Assembly (NCBI GenBank): GCA_016789225.1
Contig: JAEURI010000002.1
Span: 5,062 to 69,061, forward strand
Direction of reading: 5' to 3'
DNA length: 64,000 nt
DNA from: Anaerolineales bacterium
GTDB taxonomy: Bacteria > Chloroflexota > Anaerolineae > Anaerolineales > Villigracilaceae
The notes beneath the pieces were generated by a model, which was given only the letters and a program-made list of their open reading frames with translations, was not told where the DNA came from and searched no databases. Within the stretch, counting starts at the first letter, position 1. Each line of letters starts with the position of its first letter. A program made the translations under genes and the position numbers. Shown in pieces: positions 17,861-27,966 of this stretch.

Positions 17861-17967
17861 TGGGTATCTCCTTGGCAGGTATCTTACATTCAGTATGTGT
17901 ATATAGCAAGCGAAGAGCCGCGTCAAGATGACACGGCTCATACATATCAGGTGCAAAATGTCAGGAT

Positions 17968-18969
17968 TTAGTTCTGTGCAAACGTGTCAATGAGTAGCTT
18001 GAAGTTCCCGCCAACCGGGTAGAGGATCGGGCAGGTACAGCCGCGTTTCTTGTATTCCTCCACCTTGGCGATCGCTTCGGAGGGCGTGCCGGAGGCGGTG
18101 ATCTTGTGAACGAGTTCATCCGGCACAAGGTCCTTTGCCTTCATCACCTGTTCCTTGGTGGCGGGCCAGCCAAGAATGGATTGGATACTCTTTACGACAT
18201 CGTCCGATACATTCGAGGCTTTTGCGATGTGCGGCTGTTGGGCAATGTACTGACACAGAAGCATCTTGCTATAATTGATGGCCTTGTCGTGATCTTCATC
18301 CACAGAGCAGACGATCAACTGCGGGCGGTCGAAGTCTTCCATTTTCCTCCCGGATTTCTTCAGGCCTTTTTCGAGCAGTTCCATGGCCTTGTCGTTGTAT
18401 TCGGGGGCAACGCAGTAGTTCAGCACTGCGCCATCCGCCACTTCACCGGTGAGCTCCATCATCTGGTCGCCGGTTGCGCCGATCATGATGGGCACATTGC
18501 GCGGTTCGCGTCGGCCATAGACCACATCCAATTCAATGCCATTGACATGGATGAATTCGCCGTCAAAGGTCACACGTTCCATGTTGAGTAATTTCTTCAT
18601 CACCATGACCGTTTCCCGCATGGCTGTGAGGGGTTTCTTGCGGTCGATGCCCACATTCTTGGCTAGCGGATCCCACCATGCGCCAAGGCCACAGATGACT
18701 CGATTCGGGGCAAGGTCATCGAGTGTCAGGAAAGTGGCCGCCAGCAGCCCGATGTTGCGCGTCCAGTTGTTGATCACGCCGGAGCCGACTTTGATCTTGT
18801 TCGTCACAGCGGCATACCCCGCCATTGGAACAATCGCATCGCGTACCAGGCGGCTTTCTGCCTGCCATACGGCTTCGAAGCCTTTCTCTTCCGCGTACTT
18901 TGCGTACTCCAATCCGTCACGTAGGTCGTGCGAGTCTTGCAGGTAAAGAGCAACGCGCTGTTTGGTCAT
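17968..18969 (-). CDS. LLM-class (luciferase-like/Mer-like) oxidoreductase, probably F420-dependent
   Basis: [49 protein letters not shown]; adjacent to cof genes. Confidence 0.85.
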   Translation of the reverse strand: MTKQRVALYLQDSHDLRDGLEYAKYAEEKGFEAVWQAESRLVRDAIVPMAGYAAVTNKIKVGSGVINNWTRNIGLLAATFLTLDDLAPNRVICGLGAWWDPLAKNVGIDRKKPLTAMRETVMVMKKLLNMERVTFDGEFIHVNGIELDVVYGRREPRNVPIMIGATGDQMMELTGEVADGAVLNYCVAPEYNDKAMELLEKGLKKSGRKMEDFDRPQLIVCSVDEDHDKAINYSKMLLCQYIAQQPHIAKASNVSDDVVKSIQSILGWPATKEQVMKAKDLVPDELVHKITASGTPSEAIAKVEEYKKRGCTCPILYPVGGNFKLLIDTFAQN

Positions 18970-19066
18970 GACATTCTCCTTGAATGTGAGATGATATGGT
19001 TATATGCGCCACTTCCCAAAAACTTCTAAGCGATTGAAGACACCCAGTCAATTCATAATAAAAATT

Positions 19067-19113
19067 TTGCCACAGGTTTCGTAAACTTCATAGGGTTTAC
19101 TTTCCTGTGGCAA
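19067..19113 (-). terminator. Hairpin terminator after cofC
   Basis: TTGCCACAGG....GTAAAC-loop-GTTTAC...CCTGTGGCAA followed on the minus strand by a T-rich tract. Confidence 0.55.
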
Positions 19114-19122
19114 TTTGAATGT

Positions 19123-19731
19123 CTATACTTTTGTTGCTTCCATTTTTCGGATGAGCTCCAGGTCTTCGGGGTCATCGAGGTCAAGACCCAGCGATGGAAG
19201 TTCAACGACTTCGAGCCTGGCTCCTGATTGAAGAGCCCGTTCGCAATGTCTTTGGAAGGAGCCTTCGCCGAAATCATATTCGATCTGCCCGGCAGGAACC
19301 ATCAATAGGGCATTAGTGCCTTTGTGATGTCTGTCCGGCGCAATGACCACCACTGGCGGTTTTGCTGCCCGGTCGATCAAAGCGAGCACATCATCAGAAG
19401 TGAGTAAGGGCAGGTCGACCGGCAAAACCAATACTCCCTGCGTGGCATGCACCTGTGCGATCACCGAGGCTCGGGCAAGGGCAGTATTCAAATGCGGCTG
19501 ACCATCCTCCTGCACCGTTTTCGCGCCGAGATTGCGAGCAATCGTCAGCGCCTGAGAGTCACGGCTCACGACCAGCACCTTATCTAATTCCTTCAGGGAG
19601 GTCAATGTCCTGAGAGTTCGTTCCAATAATTCCTGATTTAGTATTGCGCGCTCATCTTCGGTCAGCGCTCCGGCAAGGCGGGACTTCCCGCGTCGTAATG
19701 GTTTAACAGGCACAATTGCCCAAAGTGACAT
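19123..19731 (-). CDS. cofC: Phospholactate/PEP guanylyltransferase (CofC/FbiD)
   Basis: AIVPVK...GKSRL, LNTAL, PVDLPLL, APDRHHKGTNALL, FGEGSF.RH, DLDDPEDL. Confidence 0.93.
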   Translation of the reverse strand: MSLWAIVPVKPLRRGKSRLAGALTEDERAILNQELLERTLRTLTSLKELDKVLVVSRDSQALTIARNLGAKTVQEDGQPHLNTALARASVIAQVHATQGVLVLPVDLPLLTSDDVLALIDRAAKPPVVVIAPDRHHKGTNALLMVPAGQIEYDFGEGSFQRHCERALQSGARLEVVELPSLGLDLDDPEDLELIRKMEATKV

Positions 19732-19734
19732 GTC

Positions 19735-20649
19735 TTAGTAACTCCCGATAAAGTGTAGCACATCGGTCGCCAGCCGTGCGCGATCTGTAAGTTGATTCAT
19801 AAGTGTATCTGTGACCAGGGTTTTTACCTGTAATGCCTTTATTTCTTCTTCATACTTCAAGTCTGCATTGTCTAACACGAAACCTGTCAGGATGGTGCGA
19901 TAATGCATCGCCACTGCCAACGCAGACGGCTCGATGCCTAATTCAGTATACATCTTTGCGGCCGGTCCTTTAACAGTCTTTCCTCCGATGATCGGAGAAA
20001 CCGCCACGACCGGCTTGTTGATCTTTTTGACAACCCGAAGGATCGGGTCGATGCTCACCCACGGATTGGACGGACAGAAAACGATTGCATCCGCAGATTC
20101 AAGCGCCTCACGCACACCGGGAGCTGGTTCAGCGGCCTCGGCCCCATCGAACCTGAAACCTTTGACTATCGGCTCACAGCGCCTGTGAACAAAATATTCC
20201 TGAAACGCCAGTTCCCCTTCATCTGTGTCCACCATCGTCCGCACGGGCGAGTCACACATGGGGAGGACAGTATGGCGGACATCCCAGGCCCTACAAAAAT
20301 CCCTGATGACCTGCGATAAGGGCTGTCCTTCTTTAAGTCGCCTCGTCCTTTCAAGATGGGTTGCAATATCCTGATCACCAAGCCTGAACCATGCTGGTCC
20401 ACCGAGTTTTTCGACATTGGCAATGGTATTCCAGCTTTCCCCAACACGACCCCAACCGGTTTCGGGGTTGGCAAGGCCAGCGAGTGTATAACAAACCGTA
20501 TCGAGATCCGGGCAGATATACAACCCCAGGTGTTCGAAATCATCGCCAGTGTTGACGATTACGGTTAGTTCTTCCGGTGGCAGGATCTGGGCAAGTCCGT
20601 GGGCGAGTTTCGCGCCACCGACCCCGCCCGCGAGGGCGACAATTTTCAA
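19735..20649 (-). CDS. cofD: 2-phospho-L-lactate transferase (CofD/FbiA)
   Basis: [61 protein letters not shown]. Confidence 0.95.
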   Translation of the reverse strand: MKIVALAGGVGGAKLAHGLAQILPPEELTVIVNTGDDFEHLGLYICPDLDTVCYTLAGLANPETGWGRVGESWNTIANVEKLGGPAWFRLGDQDIATHLERTRRLKEGQPLSQVIRDFCRAWDVRHTVLPMCDSPVRTMVDTDEGELAFQEYFVHRRCEPIVKGFRFDGAEAAEPAPGVREALESADAIVFCPSNPWVSIDPILRVVKKINKPVVAVSPIIGGKTVKGPAAKMYTELGIEPSALAVAMHYRTILTGFVLDNADLKYEEEIKALQVKTLVTDTLMNQLTDRARLATDVLHFIGSY

Positions 20650-20655
20650 GTTCGG

Positions 20656-21279
20656 TTACCTTTGTTCGTCGAAGAATATCGAGATTTCATCCAGTGATTT
20701 TCTTTCTCTGCTACCGGCTGGAGCCTCCACCGGATACCCAAGCAGGAACATGGCTTGCGGCTCCCATGCTTTTGAAATGTTCAAGGCATTTTGCACCGTT
20801 TCCTGTGCAAACACAGGGCTGCATACCCAAACCCCGCCCAGTTCCTCGGCGTGTGCGGCGAGCAGAAGCTGCATGCCTGCATTTGCAGCGGATTGAGTGG
20901 CGATCAGATATTCTGCTTGTTTACGGCGCGCGTCGGGGTAATTATCCATTTCGGTCATATCTACACACAAGAGAATGACGACCGGGGCATTGCTAATTCT
21001 TTCGCGGGAGCGGTTTAGCCGTTTTTGGATCTCATCCACGGCGAGGTTGTCCCTTTCGAGATCGCGTTGGAATTCTTTTGCCATCGAGTCTGCGAAGCGG
21101 GATTTGGTGATGGGATTTGTCAGCACAATAAAACGCCAGGGTTGGCGGTTATGTGCGGAGGGGGCAAAGGTGGCAGTGTGGAGAATATCTCGAATGACCG
21201 AATCAGGAACCGGGTCGGGTTTGAAGCGGCGGATCGAACGGCGGGTACGCAGAAAATCGCGCAGGTTAGTGTTGGTCAA
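20656..21279 (-). CDS. Stand-alone nitroreductase resembling the FbiB C-terminal domain (probable dehydro-F420-0 reductase, FbiE-like)
   Basis: [42 protein letters not shown]; sits between PPOX gene and cofD; TTG start inferred. Confidence 0.75.
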   Translation of the reverse strand: MTNTNLRDFLRTRRSIRRFKPDPVPDSVIRDILHTATFAPSAHNRQPWRFIVLTNPITKSRFADSMAKEFQRDLERDNLAVDEIQKRLNRSRERISNAPVVILLCVDMTEMDNYPDARRKQAEYLIATQSAANAGMQLLLAAHAEELGGVWVCSPVFAQETVQNALNISKAWEPQAMFLLGYPVEAPAGSRERKSLDEISIFFDEQR

Positions 21280-21655
21280 AGGAAGTCGGCTGGATTTTGA
21301 AAATGATCCGCTTTTGCCCCTCGCGGTATGTCCATGGTCTGCCGTAGTAGCGCAAGGAGAGCATGTTGATGTGTTCATCGGCACCTTCGGTGGTGTGGGA
21401 GATGACCTTTCCCTGCATGCCGAGATAGCGATAAGGGTCATTGGGGTCTTGAATGACCATGGCCACATCCGCATTTTTCTTCATGTTGCGGTCCTTGATA
21501 CGGCCTTCATTTGTGTTCACAAGAATGTATTCGCCGTCTGTGTCGAGCCAGATGGGCGTGACTTGCGGAAGTCCTTTGGAATTCACGGTGGCGAGAAATA
21601 AAAAAGCTTTGGTTTCAGGTTTGATGAGGTCGAGAAATTTTTCAGGGAAGGGCAT
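21266..21655 (-). CDS. PPOX-class F420-dependent oxidoreductase
   Basis: FLATVNSKGLPQVTPIW, NTNEGRIKDRN, DPNDPYRY, LSLRYYG. Confidence 0.88.
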   Translation of the reverse strand: MPFPEKFLDLIKPETKAFLFLATVNSKGLPQVTPIWLDTDGEYILVNTNEGRIKDRNMKKNADVAMVIQDPNDPYRYLGMQGKVISHTTEGADEHINMLSLRYYGRPWTYREGQKRIIFKIQPTSFDQH

Positions 21656-21737
21656 GGTTCCTCCGGGAATGTTGTTGCGCGCCCTTTATATCAGGGACGC
21701 ATAAGATTCCCGTTAGCGTTTATCGTCCTTGGGAGAT

Positions 21738-22505
21738 TTAACGGAACATGTCCATATCTTTGGGACGAATCAGTTCCTTGAGCGAGCCTTCGCCAAGCGG
21801 ATAAGGAAAACCACGCACGTGAACGACGGGCGTTCCCTCGGCAGCCTGACCCATCACAAGCGAAGCCGCTGCTGCAAGTTCGTCCGCGACGCCGACGATG
21901 GTGGCTTTGAGGGTATAGCCAAAGAGGTCATGCCAGCCGCGTTCGTCGATAAGGGCGGGAATCCCGCTCAGGCCGATGCAAATGCCGACGGTGCCGTTCC
22001 GCCAGGCGCGCCCATGCGAGTCGATGATCATCACTCCAACGTTTTTGCCCGTTTTTTGTTTGATGTCTTCGCGGAGTTTTTTTGCAGAGGCATCCGGGTC
22101 TTCGGGCAGGAGCAGGACGTATTCTTCGTTCGAGTTGCCTTCACCCATGACGTTGGAATGGTCGATGCCTGCATTCGCGCAGACAAAACCAAGTTTGTGT
22201 TCCACAACGATGACGCCCTTACGCACGCGCATCACTTCATTGCTTTCCTGCAGGATCAATTCGATCAGCCTTGCATCCTTATCGACCTGCGGCGCAAGGT
22301 CGATGGCGCGCGGCGACGGTGTGACATCTGCAAGGTTGACCATACGGCCTTCGGTCTTGCTGACGATCTTTTGTGCCAGTACGAGGATGTCGTTGTCCTG
22401 GAGGGTCAGATTGGTTTGCGTCAGAGAGTTAAGAAGAATATCCGCCAGGGAATCGCCTTGGCGGATGAAGGGAATATTTTTTAGCGAGATGAGAGTGAGA
22501 GACAT
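21738..22505 (-). CDS. cofE: Coenzyme F420-0:L-glutamate ligase
   Basis: AQKIVSK.EGR, ANAGIDHSN, LLPEDPD.SA, IIDSHGRAWR.G, ADELAAAASLVMGQ. Confidence 0.95.
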   Translation of the reverse strand: MSLTLISLKNIPFIRQGDSLADILLNSLTQTNLTLQDNDILVLAQKIVSKTEGRMVNLADVTPSPRAIDLAPQVDKDARLIELILQESNEVMRVRKGVIVVEHKLGFVCANAGIDHSNVMGEGNSNEEYVLLLPEDPDASAKKLREDIKQKTGKNVGVMIIDSHGRAWRNGTVGICIGLSGIPALIDERGWHDLFGYTLKATIVGVADELAAAASLVMGQAAEGTPVVHVRGFPYPLGEGSLKELIRPKDMDMFR

Positions 22506-22552
22506 GTATGTATTACGTAATGCGTACTACGTAATCACTTACGCATTACGCC
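22506..22552. repeat. Degenerate heptamer tandem repeats (TACGTAA/TTACGCA type)
   Basis: tattacg taatgcg tactacg taatcac ttacgca ttacgcc fills the npdG-cofE spacer. Confidence 0.6.
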
Positions 22553-22559
22553 TTGCCGA

Positions 22560-23234
22560 TTACCTTGAAATTCCTGTGATCTTAATACCTGCATGAGTCG
22601 AGCCATATTTTTTGTTGATGCCGATCAACACACTGGTCAGGCCTTCGACCACAACCGAATTCTCGATCGGGCCTGCGTCCCAGCCTTTCAACCCGGCTGC
22701 CTCAACCAGCTTAATAACCTCGGCGCGTGCTTCCTTGCTTGTACCGGTTACCAGCACATCACATTCCACACTTTCCTCTCCCAGCAGGTGTTCATGGGAA
22801 ATATTTTGAAATGCAGCGCAAACTTCGATCCCATCACCGACGATCTGCCGGGCTTCCTGTGCAGCCGAACCGGCGGCGGGCATTTGCACTGTGGAAACCT
22901 TGGGCGGGGCCAGCGGAACAGTCACATCCACAAGGATCTTTCCCTTTAGTTCATCCTTGACCGATTCCAACGTATCGCGATGCGCGGCATAGGGCACGGT
23001 CAACACGACGATATTCGCCTCTTTCGCCGCCCTGGGGTTGTCCATCCCCATGACAGCGGATACATCGCCGATCATTTCTCCGATCTCCCTTGCAGCAGCC
23101 ACAGCCTTTTCCTCAGACCGTGAGCCGATAAGAACATGATAACCAGCGCGTGCCCAGCGGTAGGCCAGGCCCTTTCCTTCTTTTCCAGTTCCCCCCAAAA
23201 CAGCAATGGATACAAGAATATGATCTTCCTTCAT
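22560..23234 (-). CDS. npdG: F420H2:NADP+ oxidoreductase (Fno)
   Basis: IAVLGGTGKEG.GLA.RWA..G, IGSR, LTVPY, GSAAQE, AAFQNIS, VVEGLT..LI.IN. Confidence 0.93.
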   Translation of the reverse strand: MKEDHILVSIAVLGGTGKEGKGLAYRWARAGYHVLIGSRSEEKAVAAAREIGEMIGDVSAVMGMDNPRAAKEANIVVLTVPYAAHRDTLESVKDELKGKILVDVTVPLAPPKVSTVQMPAAGSAAQEARQIVGDGIEVCAAFQNISHEHLLGEESVECDVLVTGTSKEARAEVIKLVEAAGLKGWDAGPIENSVVVEGLTSVLIGINKKYGSTHAGIKITGISR

Positions 23235-23306
23235 GGAATCTCCGTCTTTAGGATAATGCGCATGTCGGGTCGTGGACCTGGCATGGTATTTTTATAAAAA
23301 AGCGAA

Positions 23307-24659
23307 TTACATTACCTTGGCAACTTCTTCTTCGTACTTCTTCCAAATACGCGGCGCAATTTCCCTTGCGCGTGCGGCAATCTCGGCTTCATCGAGCGTG
23401 AGCAGTTCCCGATCCTTCATCAGGAACTTTCCGGCGACCATGGTGCTGGTGACCATGCTTTGCTGGAAGCCAAAGATGATATGCCAGGGAAGATTTCCTT
23501 CTGTGAGCGGAGTAAAGGGATGATAGTCCACAAAGACCAGGTCTGCTGTTGCGCCAGGGATGAGCTGCCCGATGGAAGTTTCCGGGAAGAAAACTTGTGC
23601 CAGCGCCGAATTGTTGTAGATCGCCATCTGCTGTACGTCATATCCGCCCATGCGGCGCGGGTCGCGGTGTTCGACCTTATGGAGAAGGTAGGCTGTCTTC
23701 CATTCATCCCACATCGAGTTGGTGAAACCGTCATTACCAAGACAGACTTTGATGCCCATGCGCATCATGGATTCGATCTGTGCCACGCCGACGCCGTTGT
23801 TCATGTTGGAGCGGGGTTGATGGCTGAGCCATGAACCTGTTTCCTTGAGGATTTCCATTTCGCGCGCATCGAAATGAACGCCGTGAGCGGTGATGGTGTG
23901 AGGGCCGAGGATGCCATGCTTATGCAGCCGGTCGATCACCCGCATTTCCGATTTTCGCAGGCTGTCATATTCGTCAGATTCATGTTCCGCGGTGTGGATG
24001 TGGAATCCTGTTCCTTCGGGAACTGCGGCTGCACAGGCTTGCAGGGTCGCGCCAGAAAGGGTCAGGCTGGCATGCAGACCGAAGGTTCCGGCCAGGCGCG
24101 GGTGGGGATTCGAGGCGAGGCGTTTGAGAAAACGCACATTCTCATTGATGCCTGCATTCGCCTTTTCGACCCCGTCACGGTCGGTGACTTCGTAACATAA
24201 CACGCCACGCAGGCCGCTTTTATCCACGGCATCGGCGATGATATCCAGGGAGCCGTCAATGGAATTGGGGGAGGCGTGATGGTCGATGAGAGTTGTGGTT
24301 CCATGCTTGATCGCATCCACAAGACAAACAAGAGCCGAATAGCGCACACTCTCAGCGTCGAGGGAACGGTCGAGTGGCCACCATAATTTTTTAAGGATCT
24401 CTGGGAAGTCCTTTGGGGCAGTACCCGGGATCGCCATTCCGCGCGCGAATGCGCCGTAAAAATGGGTATGCGCGCAAATGCCGCCGGGCATCACATATTG
24501 CCCGCCGGCATCTGTCGGTTTAGTTTTGGGATGTTTTGCAGTCAGCGATTTGGTCGTCCCGATCTCCTTGATCTGGCTGCCTTCGATGTAGATCGCGTGG
24601 TTGGGAAGGACGCGGTTGGGTGTTTCCCATGTAATGAGGTTTGCGTTTGTGATGAGCAT
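23307..24659 (-). CDS. ssnA: SsnA-like amidohydrolase
   Basis: CAHTHFYGAFARG, LWWPLDR.L, G.TT.IDHHASP, CYEVTDRDG, GLHASLTL, HIH.AE, HQPRSNMNNGVG, LGNDG. Confidence 0.85.
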   Translation of the reverse strand: MLITNANLITWETPNRVLPNHAIYIEGSQIKEIGTTKSLTAKHPKTKPTDAGGQYVMPGGICAHTHFYGAFARGMAIPGTAPKDFPEILKKLWWPLDRSLDAESVRYSALVCLVDAIKHGTTTLIDHHASPNSIDGSLDIIADAVDKSGLRGVLCYEVTDRDGVEKANAGINENVRFLKRLASNPHPRLAGTFGLHASLTLSGATLQACAAAVPEGTGFHIHTAEHESDEYDSLRKSEMRVIDRLHKHGILGPHTITAHGVHFDAREMEILKETGSWLSHQPRSNMNNGVGVAQIESMMRMGIKVCLGNDGFTNSMWDEWKTAYLLHKVEHRDPRRMGGYDVQQMAIYNNSALAQVFFPETSIGQLIPGATADLVFVDYHPFTPLTEGNLPWHIIFGFQQSMVTSTMVAGKFLMKDRELLTLDEAEIAARAREIAPRIWKKYEEEVAKVM

Positions 24660-24660
24660 G

Positions 24661-27192
24661 TTATACGAATCCATCTTGACTGGGGTGGGGGAGTTTGACA
24701 CCGGAGGTACCGATCTCCCAGATGGCGTTGTACGAAGCTTCCCGCAGTTCGGGGTCATCTTTGTACATGGCCTGGTAGATCTGCTGGAGCACCACATCCT
24801 GCGGGGTGGACTTCAGAAACTGAAGAGCAGACAGGCGAATCTCAGGATTATCGTCCTTGAATGCCAGAATGAGAATATCTGTGGCTGGAACGCCAGGGGA
24901 GATGCCAAGTCCCTTTTTGGCGGCAAACTCGATGAGCCAGGGGGTTTCTGAAGGTGGCTTGATGGTACGCGGAGCCAGCGCGGCGATCTTCGATTTTGAA
25001 TCCAAGACTTCTGTAGCGGCGTTGCGCACTACCCACTGGTCGTCTTCGATTTGGATCTTCTTGAGCAGATCAAGCGCCCAGGATTCCTTGACTCGTCCCA
25101 GCCCATAAATAACCGAGCGCCGCAGAAGAATATCGTTAATGGTAACCCCGTCGCGCAGCATGGAATGACCTTCGCCCGGATCGTTTGCCAGCGCTTCACC
25201 GGCGGCACGGCGAATATCCTCTTCGCCGCCGAGCAGGGCCTGTGCGACGATTTCCAGGGATTCGTTTGTTCCGATGGCGGTCAACGCCATGCAAGCCGCG
25301 CGTTTTACCGGGAGGCTGGGAGCCTGCAAGGCATGTTCGAGGATCTTGATCGATTTCGAATCACGGATCGCACCGGCGCCCAAAATGGCGAGATGAATCA
25401 ATTCAAAGGAATTCGATGCGATAAACTGCCTGAACAATGCGGCCGCGCTTGGGTCGTTGCTGTATACAAAGGCGGCCATGGCCTGTCCGCGCACGCCAAG
25501 CGGAATGCCTTCGCTTTGCAGGATGGCTGCAAGTGTGGCGAACATCTTCCCGCGCCATGGAGCGTTGCGCGGGGCGTCTCGCAGCCAGCGGGCCGCCGCA
25601 AACAAAGGACGATGGACCGGCAGACGGGAGAATTCCATCATGGATTGAACGAGGCGGCTGGCATCGCCGTGAGCGGCGACATAACGCATGGCCAGATATT
25701 TTCCAGACCAGTCGGGTTGGTTGATGAGCGATTCATCCATGTTGTAATTGGTCAGTGCCTGCCCGGCGAGATATCCGGCAAGAATCGGATGCACGAATCG
25801 CATGCGGTTATTGGGATGGACGATCAACAATCCGCTTGCCGCCATCAACCCGAGAAGACCTGTGTTGGGCGTGGATACTTTCTCGACCTTCTTTCCCTTT
25901 CGGGATTTCGTATCTTCCTTCGTTCCAGCTTCCGGCTCTTCACTGACTGTTTCCTGTGGTGTTTCTTCAGCCACTTCAAACGACTTTACCCAATCACGCG
26001 CCTTGCGTGGGTCGAAGATCGGCTTTGCGCTGATCATCACCTGCATGGCGAGCGTTTCGAGGGCGGCCAGCGGAGTATCTGACGGTGCAATGCGCCGGAC
26101 GTGAGTGGAAATCACCTCAAGGATGTGCGCTCCGAGGCTGTCTCCTGCATACGCGCCCCAGGTTTTCAGAGTCAACTCAAAGGGAGATAAATTCGATATA
26201 TCGGAACCAAGCCACGAGTTGATAAGAAGCGGGTCAACCTGTTCAGGCCCGGTCTGCGCCCAGGCTTCCATTGCCACTGTGTTGGACCAAAGTCCGCCCC
26301 ATTGCTCGATGAATTCCCGGTTGCGTTGGCTCGACCAACTACAAAGGGAAAGTGGAACGAAACCTAAGGTGATGAGGCCATTTAAATATTCTGGCGCGCC
26401 CGTGGTAACGATGCGGACTTCGGGATAGGTTTGAGTAAGAAGCTTGAAAAAACCTGCCACCAAATGTTGCTCGTCTTGTGTGACTTCGTCGTAACCATCC
26501 ACGAGCAGAAGCACACTGCCGCTCTTAAAGGCAGATTGGACAAAAGCGGGGATTCTTCCGAGGTCGAACATTGGGGCGTGAGTGGATGATGCTTCGATGA
26601 TGGGATTAAGAATATTCTTGGGGTCTTGTACCGGCAGGTTCAGGTCTGCCACATGGAAATGAAAGGGGACGGCGTCCTGCAATGTTCCGAGCTTTTCGCT
26701 TCGATTCGCGGCCAGGCTTGCGAGGTGTGCCAGGGCCACGGTCTTCCCGATTCCGGGTTGACCGATGATGACGACATTTGCATTTCCCGTCAGCACCTCG
26801 GGGAGGGTCAGGGTTTGAGGTTGGTAAACGGCCGCGAGCTCGGGCCAGGTGGGCAGATAAGGAAGGGTCTGTGTAACGACATCTGTGAAATTTCCTGATG
26901 CACCTGGTTCCTGAATTTGAGGTGGAGCCAGCACAAGCGGCTCCTGTAGGATTTCATCAAGGGCGAACAAGGGCGATGCGAGATGCATTCCCTGGGCGCG
27001 GCGCAGGGTGATGCGGCGATGGTTTTCTTCCACCGAGCTGGCCTTGCGGGTTTGTGCAACTTCACGCCGTTCCTTCATTCCTTCGCGCAATTCCGCAAGA
27101 AGCGGGCGGGCACGCGCGATGACGAACCACATCACGGTCGCTGTGATGAAGCCGACAAAGAAGGAGAAGGGTTCAATGGCGAATTGGAACAT
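24661..27192 (-). CDS. Membrane-anchored NACHT-like NTPase with C-terminal HEAT repeats
   Basis: N-terminal TM; Walker A GQPGIGKT; Walker B LLLVDGYDE; RF.HP; HEAT repeats (VKRAACMAL, IRRAAGEAL, VVRNAA). Confidence 0.8.
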   Translation of the reverse strand: MFQFAIEPFSFFVGFITATVMWFVIARARPLLAELREGMKERREVAQTRKASSVEENHRRITLRRAQGMHLASPLFALDEILQEPLVLAPPQIQEPGASGNFTDVVTQTLPYLPTWPELAAVYQPQTLTLPEVLTGNANVVIIGQPGIGKTVALAHLASLAANRSEKLGTLQDAVPFHFHVADLNLPVQDPKNILNPIIEASSTHAPMFDLGRIPAFVQSAFKSGSVLLLVDGYDEVTQDEQHLVAGFFKLLTQTYPEVRIVTTGAPEYLNGLITLGFVPLSLCSWSSQRNREFIEQWGGLWSNTVAMEAWAQTGPEQVDPLLINSWLGSDISNLSPFELTLKTWGAYAGDSLGAHILEVISTHVRRIAPSDTPLAALETLAMQVMISAKPIFDPRKARDWVKSFEVAEETPQETVSEEPEAGTKEDTKSRKGKKVEKVSTPNTGLLGLMAASGLLIVHPNNRMRFVHPILAGYLAGQALTNYNMDESLINQPDWSGKYLAMRYVAAHGDASRLVQSMMEFSRLPVHRPLFAAARWLRDAPRNAPWRGKMFATLAAILQSEGIPLGVRGQAMAAFVYSNDPSAAALFRQFIASNSFELIHLAILGAGAIRDSKSIKILEHALQAPSLPVKRAACMALTAIGTNESLEIVAQALLGGEEDIRRAAGEALANDPGEGHSMLRDGVTINDILLRRSVIYGLGRVKESWALDLLKKIQIEDDQWVVRNAATEVLDSKSKIAALAPRTIKPPSETPWLIEFAAKKGLGISPGVPATDILILAFKDDNPEIRLSALQFLKSTPQDVVLQQIYQAMYKDDPELREASYNAIWEIGTSGVKLPHPSQDGFV

Positions 27193-27201
27193 GATGGTTA
27201 A

Positions 27202-27903
27202 CTATTTGGCGAAAAGAATACGCCCGCAGGACGGGCATTGAACCAGTTGTTTTTGCGAGCGCGCATTCTGCTGGAGCGATGCATTGAGGGTTGTGCCGCA
27301 GGACGCGCAGGCATCATCTTCAATCTCAGAGATCGCCACGCCGCGTTTTTGCTTTCGGAGGTCTTCATACACGGCAAACTGGTCGGCTGCGATGGGGGCA
27401 CGTGCGGCTTCACGTTCTTGAGCAAGGCTTTCCAACTGCTTCAGAAGGGTTCCCTGTTCATCGATCAAATTTTTATGTTCGTTTCCAAGCCTGGCCTGAA
27501 TGACTTCAAGCTCGGCCTGGGATTTTTGTAATTCGATCCCCGCCGTCTCAGCGGATATCATGGCTTCCAACTCGCGTTCTTCGAGAGTCGAAAGATGTTT
27601 TTTGAGCGAGACGATTTCCTTTTGCAGGTCTTGCAGTTCTTTGGGATTCTTAACGTTGCCGCTGTAAAGGCTGGATTCGACCTGTTCGATCTTTATCTTC
27701 TGCGCTGCCACTTCTGCTTCGGCATTCTTCATGGCTGTTCCGGCCTGTTGGTCACCGGACTGTGCATTTTGAAAGCGGGTCAATGCCGATTGAAGTTCAA
27801 CGTCGTTTGCAAGCGCCTTGCGGATGGATTCCAATCTCGCCCGAACGCGGTCGATTTGGCTGTCCACTTGTTGCAGGCGGTAAAGTCCAAAGGAGGCGCT
27901 CAT
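27202..27903 (-). CDS. Coiled-coil protein with C4 zinc ribbon (DUF164 type)
   Basis: LYRLQQVD, NPKELQDLQ.EI, CASC...CPSCGRIL. Confidence 0.9.
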   Translation of the reverse strand: MSASFGLYRLQQVDSQIDRVRARLESIRKALANDVELQSALTRFQNAQSGDQQAGTAMKNAEAEVAAQKIKIEQVESSLYSGNVKNPKELQDLQKEIVSLKKHLSTLEERELEAMISAETAGIELQKSQAELEVIQARLGNEHKNLIDEQGTLLKQLESLAQEREAARAPIAADQFAVYEDLRKQKRGVAISEIEDDACASCGTTLNASLQQNARSQKQLVQCPSCGRILFAK

Positions 27904-27935
27904 GGGTCAAATTATATACGAAGAGTGAAAAAATA

Positions 27936-27959
27936 ACCCGTTTTCAGAGGAAAACGGGT
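27936..27959 (-). terminator. Intrinsic terminator
   Basis: ACCCGTTTTC-AGAG-GAAAACGGGT with an A-run on its left (U-tail on minus strand). Confidence 0.75.
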
Positions 27960-27966
27960 CGAGAGG

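Noticed and set aside
17968-18969. True methylene-H4MPT reductase (mer) implying C1 metabolism
   Set aside because: No H4MPT pathway genes in the window; only LLM-family membership is supported.
24659-24797. N-terminal extension of ssnA overlapping the NACHT gene (likewise 21280-21474, 58709-58837, 61729-61815)
   Set aside because: Extensions lack family features; downstream starts give normal coupling.
25051-26082. 343-aa plus-strand ORF and other long antisense ORFs (2892-3677, 21729-22484, 29608-30315, 49198-49899, 62194-62856)
   Set aside because: Antisense shadows of well-supported genes with no motifs of their own.
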